Origin: Squalus acanthias
Taxonomy: Eukaryota
NCBI GenBank assembly: GCA_030390025.1
Contig: CM059438.1
Span: 67,458,001-67,522,000 of the forward strand
DNA length: 64,000 nt
Reading direction: 5' to 3'
The notes beneath the pieces are model-generated. The model did no database searches. It saw only the letters and a program-made list of their open reading frames with translations, and was not told where the DNA came from. How positions within the stretch are numbered: position 1 is the first letter of the stretch; each line of letters opens with the position of its first letter. This document shows positions 12,673 to 26,252 of the stretch, in pieces. A program made the position numbers and the translations under genes.

Positions 12673-15216
12673 AACACTAAGCCATCATGGTTATTATATT
12701 TTGATTGCATTTTTATACATTGGAAATGAAAAGGTGATCCTGTACCCTCAGCTACCATGGGGGGAGAAGAATATTTATTTCTCTTTATTCGTGTGGGTAA
12801 TTTTAATGCGTTGTACGAGCATCTATTGAATTGATTCCTTGTTGCTGACCACCCTAATGATAGCTCTAATAGTGGGCTAATGGCACCTTCCTCCTGCACA
12901 AGGCTCTGCCAAGGAAATGCAGTCAGACATGCGAGGGTAGATGGAAGCACACAGCTGAAGAGCAGCTGGGCACAGCTTAGATTAATTACAGTATATTTTA
13001 AAAGTTTCTTGTATAATCAGTAATTTACAATTTTAACTTCACTGGTGGCAAAATTGCATGATTATTGATTCCCCAGTGAAGACTAATCCTGGGATAGTTT
13101 GAGTCAACAAGAAGATGTAATGGAACAAGTAATCTAAGAATTTTACATAAAACGCTCTGAACATTAACCAGATCCTTGCATTTAAAAAGGAAATTTAAAA
13201 TATTTCCACCAAATCAAATTTGAACCCATAATTTTAAAAGGCTTTAGGTGCAGCACATACCGGAAACATTGGCTCTCTTTGTTTTCCATTTCCTGTTCAT
13301 CCACTTCAAAGGTTCAAATCTCTGTGCTCTGTTTCTCAAAGTTTAATTACAGAATGGATAATGGCATAATGATGGTTTGGAATGTCACAGTATATCTAGC
13401 TGTTAATTCTTTGTTAAAAACTACTCTATTATTATTGCATACCAGGTAAGGGAGGTGTTTTGTTTAATATATATATATATATTGTACTTGCTTTGAGAGC
13501 TTTGATGAACATTTTTCCTGTATTGGTTTGGACTGGGATTTAAAGAGTCCAATTCTTTTGTTTTCTATGGTACAAGTACTTGGCACATGTTATCTCCTGC
13601 CACAATGTTCTGTCTTTGGAGCACACAATTAAAATAAAATCATATAGTGTCTTAAAACACACTGACAAGATGAACCCAACCTCTGCCAACTTTGTGGGTG
13701 TTTTAACCAGAGAAAAGTATTTTGGCCCGGTAGTCACACTATGGAATACAGATGAATGAACGAGCATGTTCATCTGAAATTCCTCTAATTATTATTGTAG
13801 CATTCGCATCATATCTATTTCAAACACATTGATACCTCAGTTAAAAGAGAAAAGAGAGAAATTCCAGTCAAATGCTTTAAGGGTTCTTCTGCTAATATCT
13901 TATGGAGTCATTCCAGGGCCTTCCATCTTTTCTTTTAAAACAAAATTTCTCCAAATGGTGATGCTCGATACAGAATTGTATTGCTTATTGTCCTGTTTGT
14001 TACTACATGGAGACTAGAACAGGCTGGGCAGTGGGCTTTTCCTTAAAGTGTCACCAATGTCCTCTCCCCCCGCCCCCACCATGACTGGTGAAAGCGAGAT
14101 ATGTTCCTGTGGGCTGGGCTAGTTTTGCTCATTTTCACACCTCTTCGAGATGGAATGAAATACTCCAGGCACAGTGACCAGGTTGACGTAAGAAAACTAC
14201 TAGGCATTTGGTCTAAGCATTAAACAAAGCTTTAATCAACTGTTTTTCAACATGGAGATCTAGTTGTGTCCTTCACTAGTTCCTGTCAAAGAATGTCCTG
14301 AGCAAGCTGGGCCCATGTCCGAGTATTTATACTCTCCCTGGACAGCGCCACCAGCAGGCCACCCAGTATTATTTCATAAGTCATTTCCACATGAATGACA
14401 AGATTCATGTCACAGGGTTTGTGTAATACTGTCCATAGTAAACTTGACTGAATCTAAAAGTGACCAAATATACCGACAAGCTTGGAGGGCAAGAGACTGC
14501 TTGGCTAAAACATTTGCGAAATAAATGGTGTGCTGGTATTTTTCCTTCAAAAGATAAGATCTTGAAAATTCTGTGAGAACCACGAGTCAACAACCTTCAG
14601 ATGTGAAAACAAGGACTCTCTCCAACCCTTGAATATCTGGCCTTGGTTAACTAAGCGTCAAAACAGATAGAAGGAGAGAGAGAAAAACAACGTCAATCAC
14701 ACAGTTTGGGACACGAATGCTGTGGGCGAGTTGCCAAGTTTTGGGGTATAAGGGATGTTGTGGACTGACACTCGTGGCTGCAGTCGAGGGCGACCTGGTC
14801 AGTTGCCAGTTAAAGTCATACGTCTAGTCATCGCTGAATTGACCTCTCACTGGTGTTAGTATGTATGTGGTGCGTATAATCACTTGAGCTTAAAGTAAAT
14901 GAATTGAGTGCAAATTGTATTTTTTGCATACTCCGTGAGTGTTTACTTGTAATTTTAAAAATGTAAAAAGTTTAAAGTTTATGGTTTTCCATACAGACTG
15001 CATTTGACACATTAGACCCCCTGTGACCCCACCTCATTGTCTTAGCTGTATTTTGCTATGTCTTTGATATAATGCCTTCCTGACTGACCTGATTGTCTCT
15101 CTGCCGAGGTGTGATAAAAGGCAGTCAGAAAGATTAACTGTAGTTGTCTGACATTGTACGCTGCACAGGCATTGTTCTCTGTCTATATATGCTTTGCCGA
15201 TTCGTATTCCTTCACT

Positions 15217-15254
15217 TCACCTGACGAAGGAGCAGCAGCTCCGAAAGCTTGTGA
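15217..15254 (+). ncRNA. Minimal hammerhead ribozyme motif of Penelope-like-element type
   Basis: TCAC-CTGACGA-A-GGAGC(AGCA)GCTCC-GAAA-GCTT-GTGA: conserved core, 5-bp stem II, TCAC/GTGA stem I, palindromic AAGCTT in place of stem III; AATAAA follows. Confidence 0.6.
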
Positions 15255-16639
15255 TTTCAAATAAAACTGTTGGACTATAACCTGGTGTTGTGCGACTTCA
15301 TACTTGTAATAAGTAAATGAATTGAGTACGGTTTGTACTTGATACATACTTGTAACCTCTTGCTGATTTTTAAGTAAAGAATAGTTTACCCTGAAATCTT
15401 TGTCTCGAGTTGTCTGTTCCACGGGTCTGAACTCTGTGAACTGTCAGACAATCTGAACGTCTTACAGTTTGTAAACTTGTAAAGCTCAACCGCAGTGAGG
15501 GAAGTGAAACTGGAATGAGAGCAGTCAAGTGGGATTCAAAGTTTGATGCAAGAATTTAGCACCTGAATTCAAGACCACCCTCAAAAGAATGTTGAATCGG
15601 AGAAAGTTAATATTGCAGACGGAATTCTGGAAGCAATAAAGTTATAATTAAACACAAGATTCCGATGTCGTAAAACACAAAATTGTAATTTGGATGGTTT
15701 ATGGAGATCATTTGAACGTTAAGTGAAAGGACATAATTTAGTCATGTTATTTTTCTAATGTATGTATCATAGTCTCAATTAAATGAGAGGAATGCTAACG
15801 ATAGTTAATTGAAGCAATAACTTTCTAGAAACTGCAGAGACTATTCTGTGGCAACAATCAGGCACAAATGCTGTCACTTATTCATGAAAGGTTATAATTG
15901 GGGAAATGTTTTGCAGCTGGAAAGAAAGAAAGATAGAATAATTGATCTTGTACTTGGTATGATATCTTAGTTTTCCCGTGTAATCAAGTTTTTAAAAACC
16001 AACGGTAAAGCAGCCACAGTTCTGAGATTTTACATGTCTATCATCTAAATCTTATAAAATTCTGAGTTTGCACATCCAGCAGAAAATACAAACTAACTTA
16101 ATTACTCGCATTTTTTGTGCATTTAAATGAGGATCTGTCTTTCACTTTTTCCCCCAAATTCAAAAAGGACGGGTTATTTCATGCACTGCAGTTTAATTAT
16201 CTAGAATTTTGAGCAATATTGATTGAACATTTTTTAGCATGACAATGATTTATGGTATTAAATGCAAATTAGAAAAGCTATTGAGTTGCTTTCATTTTGG
16301 AACATCTCCGTGTATTTATGGTGCACATTAATCTTGTGGGAGTGAAGGTAACAATTTAGCACAATATTGGAAGTATAAAGAGCTTGAAAAGTTTCACTTT
16401 TTTCCTTTCATTAACTGTTTTCATAGGATCCAAGTCAAGTGGAAGTCAAATGAAGCCAACTTGAACTCTTTCTCCATGTCCCTCTCCCAACTTTACTGGA
16501 AATAATGCGTACAGTCGGCGCTGAGGCAATTTCCCATGCAACTGACATGCTTTTCAAAATTGCACCGACTGTGAGAATAACAGTATCTGTTCTAAAGTTT
16601 ATGATATTAATGGATCAGCTAACAATCGTGAGTTGGATC

Positions 16640-17066
16640 AGACCTGAGTCAGAAGGTTGTGGGTTCAAGTCGCACTCCAGAGGCCTGAGCACAAAGATCT
16701 AGGCTGACACTCGAGAGAATGCTGCACTGTCGGAGGTGCCGTCTTTCGGATGAGACTTCAAACCGAGGTCCCGTGTGCCCTCTCAGGTGGACGCAAAAGA
16801 TTTCCTGGCACCATTTCGAAGAAGAGCAAGGGAATTCTCCTTGGTTCCCCGACCAATATTTATCCCTCAACCAACGCTTCTAAAACAGGTTATCTGGTCA
16901 TTATCACATTGCTGCTTGTGGGAGCTTGCTGTGCGTAAATTGGCTGCCGTGTTTTCTACATTAAAACAGTGGCTATACTTTAAAAGTACTTCATTGGCTG
17001 TAAAGTGCTTTGGGATGTCCTGAGGTTGTGAAAGTCGCTATATAAATGCAAGTTCTTTCTTTCTCC
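16640..17066 (+). mobile_element. Deu-SINE copy
   Basis: Homologous to 41425-41828. Confidence 0.75.
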
Positions 17067-17632
17067 TTCTTTCACTTGGACTATTCACTTAGCTTCTACC
17101 TCCTTTTTGGAACCTATGGGATTGTTCTGGTTTCTTCAGTAAGTGAGTGAAATCTCACCAGAAATTTTTATTACCTCATAAAACTACAGCTAATGCATCG
17201 CTGCTAATAGTATCATCAAAATTAATTGATGGCTGAACTGGGCATCTGTCGTGCATGAGGTCAGGAGTTGCACTTCTCTGGGTCTGCAAGCACTTCTGGT
17301 TAAAGAAAAGAACTGTCTGTCTTGGGTAAAGCCACAGATTTAATAAGGAACATTTTGTATTTAAAAAAATGGCCTAAAGAAACCTGGAGGCCATCACCAG
17401 GGAAACCAGGATTAGAAGCTTCATGAAAGTGGCAAGGGCTTTGGGTTATGTTGAACACCTGCCAACTTCAGTTGTATATATCATTAGTTGGGATGTAGAA
17501 GGGTCACTGGGGTCTTCGATGCGAGTAAGGTGGCTCAAAGGAAATCAAAGAGTACAAAGTAAACAATGTATGTTGCCATTCATTTTAGTGCATCGTTAAA
17601 CTTCAAGAACAGCTCAAAATGTTTAAAAGATA

Positions 17633-18420
17633 TCAGTGGCAGGTAACATTTGTGCCACAGAAGTGCCAGGCAATGACTATCTCCAACAAGCGAGAGTCTA
17701 ACCACCTCCCCTTGACATTCAACGGCATTACCATTGCCAAATCCCCCAGCATCAACATCCTGGGGATCACCATTGACCAGAAACTTAACTGGACCAGCCA
17801 CATAAATACTGTGGCAACAAGAGCAGGTCAAAGGCTAGGTATTCTGCGGCAAGTGTCTCACCTCCTGACTCCCCAAAGCCTTTCCACCATCTACAAGGCA
17901 CAAGTAAGGAGTGTGATGGAATACTCTTCACTTGCCTGGACGAGTGCAGCTCCAACAACACTCAAGAAGCTCGACACCATCCAGGACAAAGCTGCCCGCT
18001 TGATTGGCACCCCATCCACCACCTTAAATATTCACTCCCTCCACCACCGGCGTACCGTGGCTGCAGTGTGTACCATCTACAGCACTGCAGCAACTCCCCA
18101 AGGCTTCTTCGGCAGCACCTCCCAAACCCGCGACCTCTTCCATCTAGAAGGACAAGGGCAGCAGACGCATGGGAACACCACCACCTCCACGTTCCCCTCC
18201 AAGTCACACACCATCCTGACTTAGAAGTATATGGCCGATCCTTCATCGACGCTGGGTCAAAATCCTGGAAATCCCTACCTAACAGCACTGTGGGAGTACC
18301 TTCACCACACGGACTGCAGCGGTTCAGGAAGGCAGCTCACCACCACCTTCTCAAGGGCAACTAGGGATGGGCAATAAATGTTGGCCTTGCCAGCGACGCC
18401 CAGATCCCATAAAAATGAAT
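17633..18420 (+). mobile_element. LINE 3' fragment, same family as 2832-4300
   Basis: WQVTFVPQKCQAMTIS...IYKAQVRSVMEYS; same 3' tail. Confidence 0.88.
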
Positions 18421-20094
18421 TTTTTAAAAATTTAAAAAGTGGTGCTCATTCTTCCAAAAGTTCACAGTGAGATAGGGAGACGGCTGTCCTGTCACGGCTG
18501 TCCAAAAAGATAGGAAAAGAATTTCCTCGAATTTAGGATTTATTGAATACTTGGCATTTTCACCATGATTTCCAATTCAGCCACCACAAGTAGACTGACG
18601 CACAAAGCTGTCAGCACAAGGAATGTGGCATTTCTGATCAATAAGAGTTACACAGCTTGCAATGCCATTTAAACTCCATCTCCTCTCGATCTCCACTCCA
18701 TCTCCACTCCATCTCCTCTCCATCTAGTGAGTCTTTCGAACAAGGTTAGAGGAGCAGCAACCCTCCGATAACATGAGTGAGGGAGGAAAGCTGAAGTCAG
18801 GAAGTTTGTACTTGAACCTTTTACGTCCAAAAATGAACGATCTCCAAAATCACAGGGAGAAATTTGCACGTAGACTCCAAAAAAAAATGACAAGGATGAA
18901 ATTGCACTGAGCTATGGTGCTCTTCCAACATCAAGCCTTTATCTATATTTTTAATTTCCCATTCAAGTATTTGACATTGTCAGTTGTTCATGACACAAAT
19001 GAACTGATGATGCCTACAATGAGTTATGTTGTGACTGAAAATGAACCAAGAACAAACGGAGCAGTCATTTGTTTTTGGTGCCGATTTATCAGTAATTTTA
19101 TCCCAGTAAAGGATTGTTGGGTACTGTCGAGAGTATTGCAAGGAACCTTGGTGTGATATCAATCTTGTCTCTAACTACACCAGACAGTCACTGTTGTCTG
19201 ATAGACTGAGAAAAACAAAAAAAAACTGAAGCCCACAGTATGGGGAAAACTAGTCATTCAATCCTACTTCTGGACAGGATTACAGAAACAATAGGATTTG
19301 GAAACCATTAGAGAATAGATCCAACAACTTTTAGTTAGATAAAGTTAGATAAACCTGCCTTGCTGAGGTTAAAGCCAGACTGTGATAGATGAGATGGTGC
19401 TGGGAACAGAGTTATAAATAATTTATTTCTTGCAAAACAACGCACACTGCCTCTTCTATCTGATTTATTGTCAAAATGGTCTCTCTTGATGAAACAAAGA
19501 AATTAGCGTGCCATTACTTTAATTCGCACAATCGTTCTGTAGGAAAAGCTCAAAAGGCATAGCTGTTGAGAACAGGTCCCTGAAGTTATTTGCAACTTTG
19601 GAAGTGATGCGATAACAGAAAATAAATCACAGATGTGCATTAGTGAGTTTAGGGGAGACAGTTGGGTGTGTCGAGTTTGCCACTCACTCTGACTGAAGCT
19701 GAAGCACATCTGTGGTGTTGTGTTGAATATGGTTTGATGGTATCAGGGTTAACAGACTAGCAAATGTAACTCCTCCACTTGCTGGATGGGTGAAATGCAC
19801 CTTGTGGTGTGCTACTGCACTGTACAGAGCTGAAGGTCACTGCATCATCTCCTAGTTCGTGTTGAGTTAGCAGCTCTCAGCTGGGCAACAGCTGGTGATC
19901 TACAATGAGCTTCAGCACCTCTGGGCTAGGGAGAGTAAAAACCAGCTTGTGTTCGTGGACCTGCATACTATTCTATGCTCTGTGCTGGAAAGCGAGCATG
20001 TTTGGGCATCAGCTGTGGGGAAGATTGGGCTTGTTACATCTGGTGCTCTACATAGTCAAGCAGCCTGAAATTTAAAAAAAAGTGATGTGTAAAT

Positions 20095-20501
20095 AAAGTC
20101 TTGCATTTATATAGCACCTTTCACGACCACCAGACGTCTCAAAGTGCTTTACAGCCAATGAAGTACTATTTGAAGTGGAGTCACTGTTGTAATGTGGGAA
20201 ATGCGGCAGCCAATTTGCGCACAGCAAGGTCCCACAAACAGCAATGTGATAATGACCAGATAATCTGTTTTTTTGTTATGTTGGTTGAGGGAGAAGTATT
20301 GGCCCCAGGACACCGGAGATAACTCCCCTGCTGTTCTTCGAAATAGTGCCTTGGGATCTTTTACGTCCACCTGAGAGAGCAGACGGGGCCTCGGTTTAAC
20401 ATCTCATCCGAAAGACGGCACCTCCGACAGTGCAGCACTCCCTCAGCACTGCACTGGAGTGTCAGCTTAGATTTATGTGCTCAAGTCCCTGGAGTGGGAC
20501 T
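20095..20501 (-). mobile_element. Deu-SINE copy, body; its head lies at 24666-24722 beyond the inserted CR1
   Basis: Reverse complement of the 41425 SINE; breaks at GGAGTGGGACT and resumes at GAACCCACAACCTTCTGACTCAGAGG (24666). Confidence 0.8.
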
Positions 20502-23500
20502 GCAGCAGCAGCAGCGGTGGCAGAGCGGACCTGGGAGGAGCGGTGAGGTGGCGGCGGCAGTGCCAACTCAGCACCGGCAGAATTTTCAAAGAGTGAAGTC
20601 AGAAGTCAAAAGTGACGTTGGCACAAGGGGAGGGAGCTGATTGGTGAATATCTGGTAAGTGCTTTTACTTGGCTTTCTTAAAGTCTTTAAGTTTATTCCA
20701 GCTAAGTTAGTAAATTAGAGGTTAATTAGAGGTATGGCAGGGCAGCTCACACCCGTGGAATGCACATCCTGTGCCATGTGGGAAGTCCTGGACACCTCCC
20801 ATAGTCTGGACGACCACATGTGCGGGAAGTGTCACCAGCTACAGCAGCTCGAGCACCGGGTTACGGAGCTTGAGCGGTGGCTGCAGTCAGTGCTGTGCAT
20901 CCGCGAGGCTGAGAGCTACGTGGATAGCACGTTTCGGGAGGTGGTCACCCCGCAGCTTAAGAATGTGCAGGCAGAGAGGGAATGGGTGACCGTCAGACAG
21001 AAGAGGAGACCAGGCAGGTAGTGCAGGAGTCCCCTGAGCCCATTTTGCTCACCAACCAGTATTCGGTGCTGAGTACTGGTGAGGGCGATGGTTCCTCTGG
21101 AAGTGCAGCCAGAGCCAAGTCCACAGCATCATGGAAGGCTCAGCTGCACAGGCGGGGGGCAAGAGGAGAGGGAGAGCAATAGTGATAGGGGATTCAATAG
21201 TTAGGGGAGCAGACAGGCGTTTCTGCGGGCGCAGAAGTAACTCCAGGTTGGTATGTTGCCTCCCTGGTTCCAGGGTCAAGGATGTCACTGAACAGCTGCA
21301 GGGCATTCTGAGGGGGGAGGGTGAACAGCCAGAGATCGTGGTCCATATCGGTACCAACAACAAAGATAGGAAGAGGGATGAGGTCCTGCAGGCCGAGTTT
21401 AGGGAGCTAGGAAAGAGGTTAAAAAGCAGGACCTCAAAGGTAGTAATCTACTACCAGTGCCACGTGCTAGTGAGTACAGAAATAGGAAGATAGAGCAGAT
21501 GAATGCGTGGCTGGAGAGGTGGTGTAGGAGGAAGGGCTTTAGATTCCTGAGGAATTGGAACCATTTCTGGGGAAGGTGGGACCTCTACAAGCCAGACGGG
21601 TTGGACCTCAATGGGAACGGGACCAATATCCTTGTGGGAGGGTTTGCTAGTACTGTTGGGGAGGGTTTAAACTAGCTTGGCAGGGGGATGGGAACCTAAA
21701 TATAGATTCAATAGGGAGGGAAGAAAAACTGGAATTGGAAAACAAAAACGTAGAAAGTAAATTGGAAGGACAGAGGAATCAAGGGCTAGATAGTAGTCAA
21801 CAAGGAGGTTTGCCTGTACTAAATGGTATATACTTCAATGCAAGGAGTATAGCGAACAAGGCAGATGAGCTGAGGGCACAGGTAGATACTTGGGACTATG
21901 ATGTTATAGCTATTACAGAGACGTGGCTGAAAGAGGGGCAGGTATGGCAGCTCAACATTCCTGGTTACAGGATTTTCAGACGGGATAGAGAGGGAGGTAA
22001 AAAGGGAGGGGGGGGTTGCGGTATTGATTAAAGAAACTATTATGGCTGTGAGGAGGGATGATATGTTGGAGGGATCATCAAACGAGGCCATATGGGTTGA
22101 ATTGAAAAACAAAATAGGGGTGATCACACTGCTGGGAGTGTACTACAGACCCCCCAAACAGTGAGAGGGAGAAAGAAGAACAAATATGTAGACATATTTC
22201 TGAGAAGTGCAAAAACTATAGGGCAGTAATAGTAGGGGATTTCAACTACCTCAATATTAACTGGGATAAAATTAGTGTGAAGGGTATAGAGGGTGCGGAA
22301 TTCCTAAAATGCATCCAGGAGAACTTTTTTAGCCAGCATGTAGCAAGCCCAACAAGGGAGGGGACGGTTCTGGACTTAGTTTTAGCGAATGAAGCTGGGC
22401 AGGTAGAAGGCGTATCAGTGGGGGAGCATTTTGGTGCTAGTGATCATAATTCAGTTAGATTTAAGGTAGTTATGGAAAAGGACAAGGAATAAAATTTCTA
22501 AATTGGGGAAAAGCAAATTTTGCTAAACTCAGAGGGGATTTAGCCATAGTGGACTGGAAACAGCTACTTGAAGGTAAATCAGTGTCAGAGCAGTGGGAGG
22601 CATTCAAGGAGGAGATCCGGAGAGTTCAGACCAAACATGTGCCCTTAAAGAAAAAAGGTGGGACTAACAAATCTAGAGCCCCCTGGATGTCTAGAGACAT
22701 ACAGGGTAGGATAAAGAAAAAAGGGAGGCGTATGACAGATACCGAGGGCTAAATACTCCAGAATCTTTAGAGGAGTACAGAAAGTGCATGGGTGCAATTA
22801 AAAATGATATTAGGAAAGCAAAGAGAGAGCATGAAAAATTCTTGGCAAGTAAAATCAAGGAAAACCCAAAGATGTTTTCTAAATATATTAAGAATAAGAG
22901 GATAACTAAAGAAAGGGTAGGGCCTATTAGAGATCATGAGGGTAATCTGTGTGTGGAGGCGGGAGACATCGGTAGGGTTCTTAATGAATATTTCACAAAG
23001 GAGAGGGGCGAAGCAGACATTACTATCGGGGGGGAGGAGTCTGAAATATTAGATGAAATAAACATAGTGAGAGAGGAAGTATTAAGTGGTTTAGCAGCTT
23101 TAAAAGTGGATAAATCCCCAGGCCCGGATGAAATGTATCCCAGGCTGTTAAGCGAAGCAAAAGAGGAAATAGCAGAGGCCCTGACCATCATTTTTCAATC
23201 CTCTCTGGCTTCAAGTGTGGTGCCGGAAGACTGGAGGACTGCTAATGTGGTACCCTTGTTTAAAAAGGGAGAAAAGGATAGACTGAGTAATTACAGGCCA
23301 GTCAGCCTAACCTCGGTGGTGGGAAAATTATTGGAAAGAATTCTGAAGGACAGGATAAATCTTCATTTAGAAAGATGTGGATTAATCAAGGATAGTCAGC
23401 ACGGATTTGTTAAGGGAAAGTCGTGTCTGACAAACTTGATTGAATTTTTTGAGGAGGTATTAAGGAGGGTAGATGAGGGTAGTGCGTTTGATGTAGTGTA

Positions 23501-24665
23501 TTTGGACTTTAGCAACGGTTTTGATAAGGTTCCACATGGCAGACTGGTCACGAAGTTAAAAGCCCATGGGATCCAGGGCAAAGTGTCAAGTTAGATTCAA
23601 AACTGGCTCGGAGACAGGAAGCAGAGGGTAATGGTTGATGGGTGTTTTTGTGACTGGAAGGCTGTTTCCAGTGGGGTTCCGCAGGGCTCAGTACTAGGTC
23701 CCTTGCTTTTTGTGGTGTATATCAACGATCTTGACTTGAATATACGGGGTATGATTAAGAAGTTTGCAGATTAAACTAAAATCGGCTGTGTGGTTGATAC
23801 TGAAGAAGGAAGCTGTAGACTGCAGGAAGATATCAATAAATTGGTCAGGTGGGCAGAACAGTGGCAAATGGAATTCAATCCGGAGAAGTGTGAGGTAATG
23901 TATTTGGGGAGGGCTAACAAGGAAAGGGAATACACATTAAATGGTAGGACACTGAGTAGTGTAGACGAACAAAGGGACCTTGGAGTGCATGTCCACAGAT
24001 CCCTGAAGGTAGCAGGCCAAGTAGATAAGGTGGTTAAGAAGGCATACGGAATGCTTGCCTTTATTAACCGTGGCATAGAATACAAGAGCAGGGGGGTTAT
24101 GCTTCAACTGTATAAAACACTAGTTAGGTCTCAGCTAGAGTACTGCATGTAGTTCTGGTCGTCACATTACAGGAAAGATGTGATTGCACTAGAGAGGGTA
24201 CAGAGGAGATTTACAAGGATGTTGCCGGGAATAGAGAATCTTAGCTATGAGGAAAGACTGGATAGGCTGGGTCTGTTTTCCTTGAAACAGAGGAGGCTGA
24301 GGGGAGACCTTATTGAGGTGTATAAAATTATGAGGGGCCAAGATAAAGTGGATAGAAAGGACCTATTTCCCTTAGCAGAGGGGTCAAAAACCAGGGGGCA
24401 CAGATTTCAAATAATTGGTGGAAGGTTTAGAGGGGATTTGAGGGGAAATTTCTTCACCCAGAGGGTTGTGGTGGTCTGGAACTCACTGCCTGAAAGGGTG
24501 GTAGAGGCAGAACCCTAACCACACTTAAAAAGTACTTGGATGTGCACTTGGGATGCTCTAACATGCAGGGCTATGGACCAAGAGCTGGGAAGTGGGATTA
24601 GACTGGATAGGACACGATGGGCCGAAATGGCCTCCTTCCGTGCTGTAACTTTCTATGATTCTATG
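20502..24665 (+). mobile_element. Near full-length CR1 LINE, decayed
   Basis: ORF1 pieces with a Cys motif (CTSC...CGKC) and SGNH esterase (VIGDSIVRG) at 20734-21675; endonuclease (YFNARS, ITETWL, SDHN) and RT (KSPGPD, NYRPVSLTS, QHGF, YLDF) with frameshifts and stops; (TTCTATGA)-type tail. Confidence 0.92.
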
Positions 24666-26252
24666 GAACCCACAACCTTCTGACTCAGAGGCGAGTGTGC
24701 TACCCACTGAGCCACAGCTGACCCAGAAAGCAAAGACATTAAGTGATTTGTTCATCGAGCAACACATATTTAATAATTCTTAGACTCCATTCTGGAGACC
24801 GTTTACTTGATTGGTCTGTTCCCTGTGGCGGGATGCTCAAATGATCTAAATGTATCACTCCCCTATTTATATTATGATTGCTCTCCCTGTGGTGCATCTC
24901 TTCCTGTAGCCCTGTTTGAGGCTGATTCATGGTACAGAAAACTAACTTCACAATACAATCGTGTGCCACAGCATGTTGAGCAGGAAAAGTGGGTCTTCAA
25001 GTATTGCAGAGTTAGTCCTGTGTGCTTTCATCTTGATGTTGTTTAAATGTACAGATGCACAGAACTTGGTTCTGTGCACTTAGCTCACATCAAAGTATGA
25101 CGAGATGTTCAAAGAGTTTGGGATCATTTTCAAGGTCAAAATTGGGCTCTAGGCATCCACTAAATGACCTTACTTTGGACTAATTATCTTAGACTATAAT
25201 TTCATAAATCACAGGGCTAGAGTTGTTCTTGACTGGCTTTTTCTGTTTCCCAGTTATTTAAAAGCTGCAAGTAAAGGTCAAAATAATAGCCAAATTGGAT
25301 CACTAACAAGAGTCCCTGCACTTCAAAGTCATGCATTGTATGTGAGATGTTTCTGAGCGATGCAAGTCTTGCTCATTTAGCTTGCCAGTTTGCTGCCCAT
25401 ATTTCCTCCCATCCACACCCTCCCTGACACAGCAGTGACATGGTTGCCATTTTGCTTTGCTCCTTTCCTGAACCTTGAACTACCAGTGACGGCCATCTGC
25501 ATTTCACACTGTGTCGTGACAGCATCACATGGACCTATTCATCTACCACTGCAGAACAAGTTAGTGCTCCTGATATTGACTGCAAATATATGACTTGTAA
25601 AAAAAAATCAAACTCTATAAATAGAATGCTACACTAGTTTCAGTGTGAGCCTGCTCAGATGTAACACACTGACAAGTTGATCACTTGCATATGGAGCAGC
25701 CAATCCCTCATGGTGTTTAAAGGCCCCTGCCCCTACAGATTCTGATCTTTATCTAGTTATGATGGGTGCATAAAAGCAGCTTGGAGTGACCTGTTTGCTG
25801 ATTTCCCCTCTATCTCTGCAGGGAAGCAACTATTCCCTACGTGTCATCTCCCGATAACAGCCAGTGTGAGATAGGGAACTCGCCATTTGTGTTAAGATGG
25901 GTGTGAACTGCAAGAAACCAACCTGTGGTGCAATGCCATAATTCTACGAGTTATAGAGGATTTTATTTGTTTCTATCTATTAGAATGTAGAATTTGCTAC
26001 CACGTGGAATAGTTGAGGTGAATAGCATAGATTCATTTAAGGGAATTTTAGATAAGTACATGAGGGAGAAAGGAATAGAAGGATATGTTAATAGGGTGAG
26101 ATGAAGTAAGGTGGGAGAGGCTCGAGTGGAGCATAAACATCGGCATAGACCTGTTGGGCCGAACGGCCTGTTTCTGTGCTGTAAATACTATGTGATACTA
26201 TATCATTTCCTAATATAAGGAAAAATAATATTTTTCTGGTTTTACTCCGATG

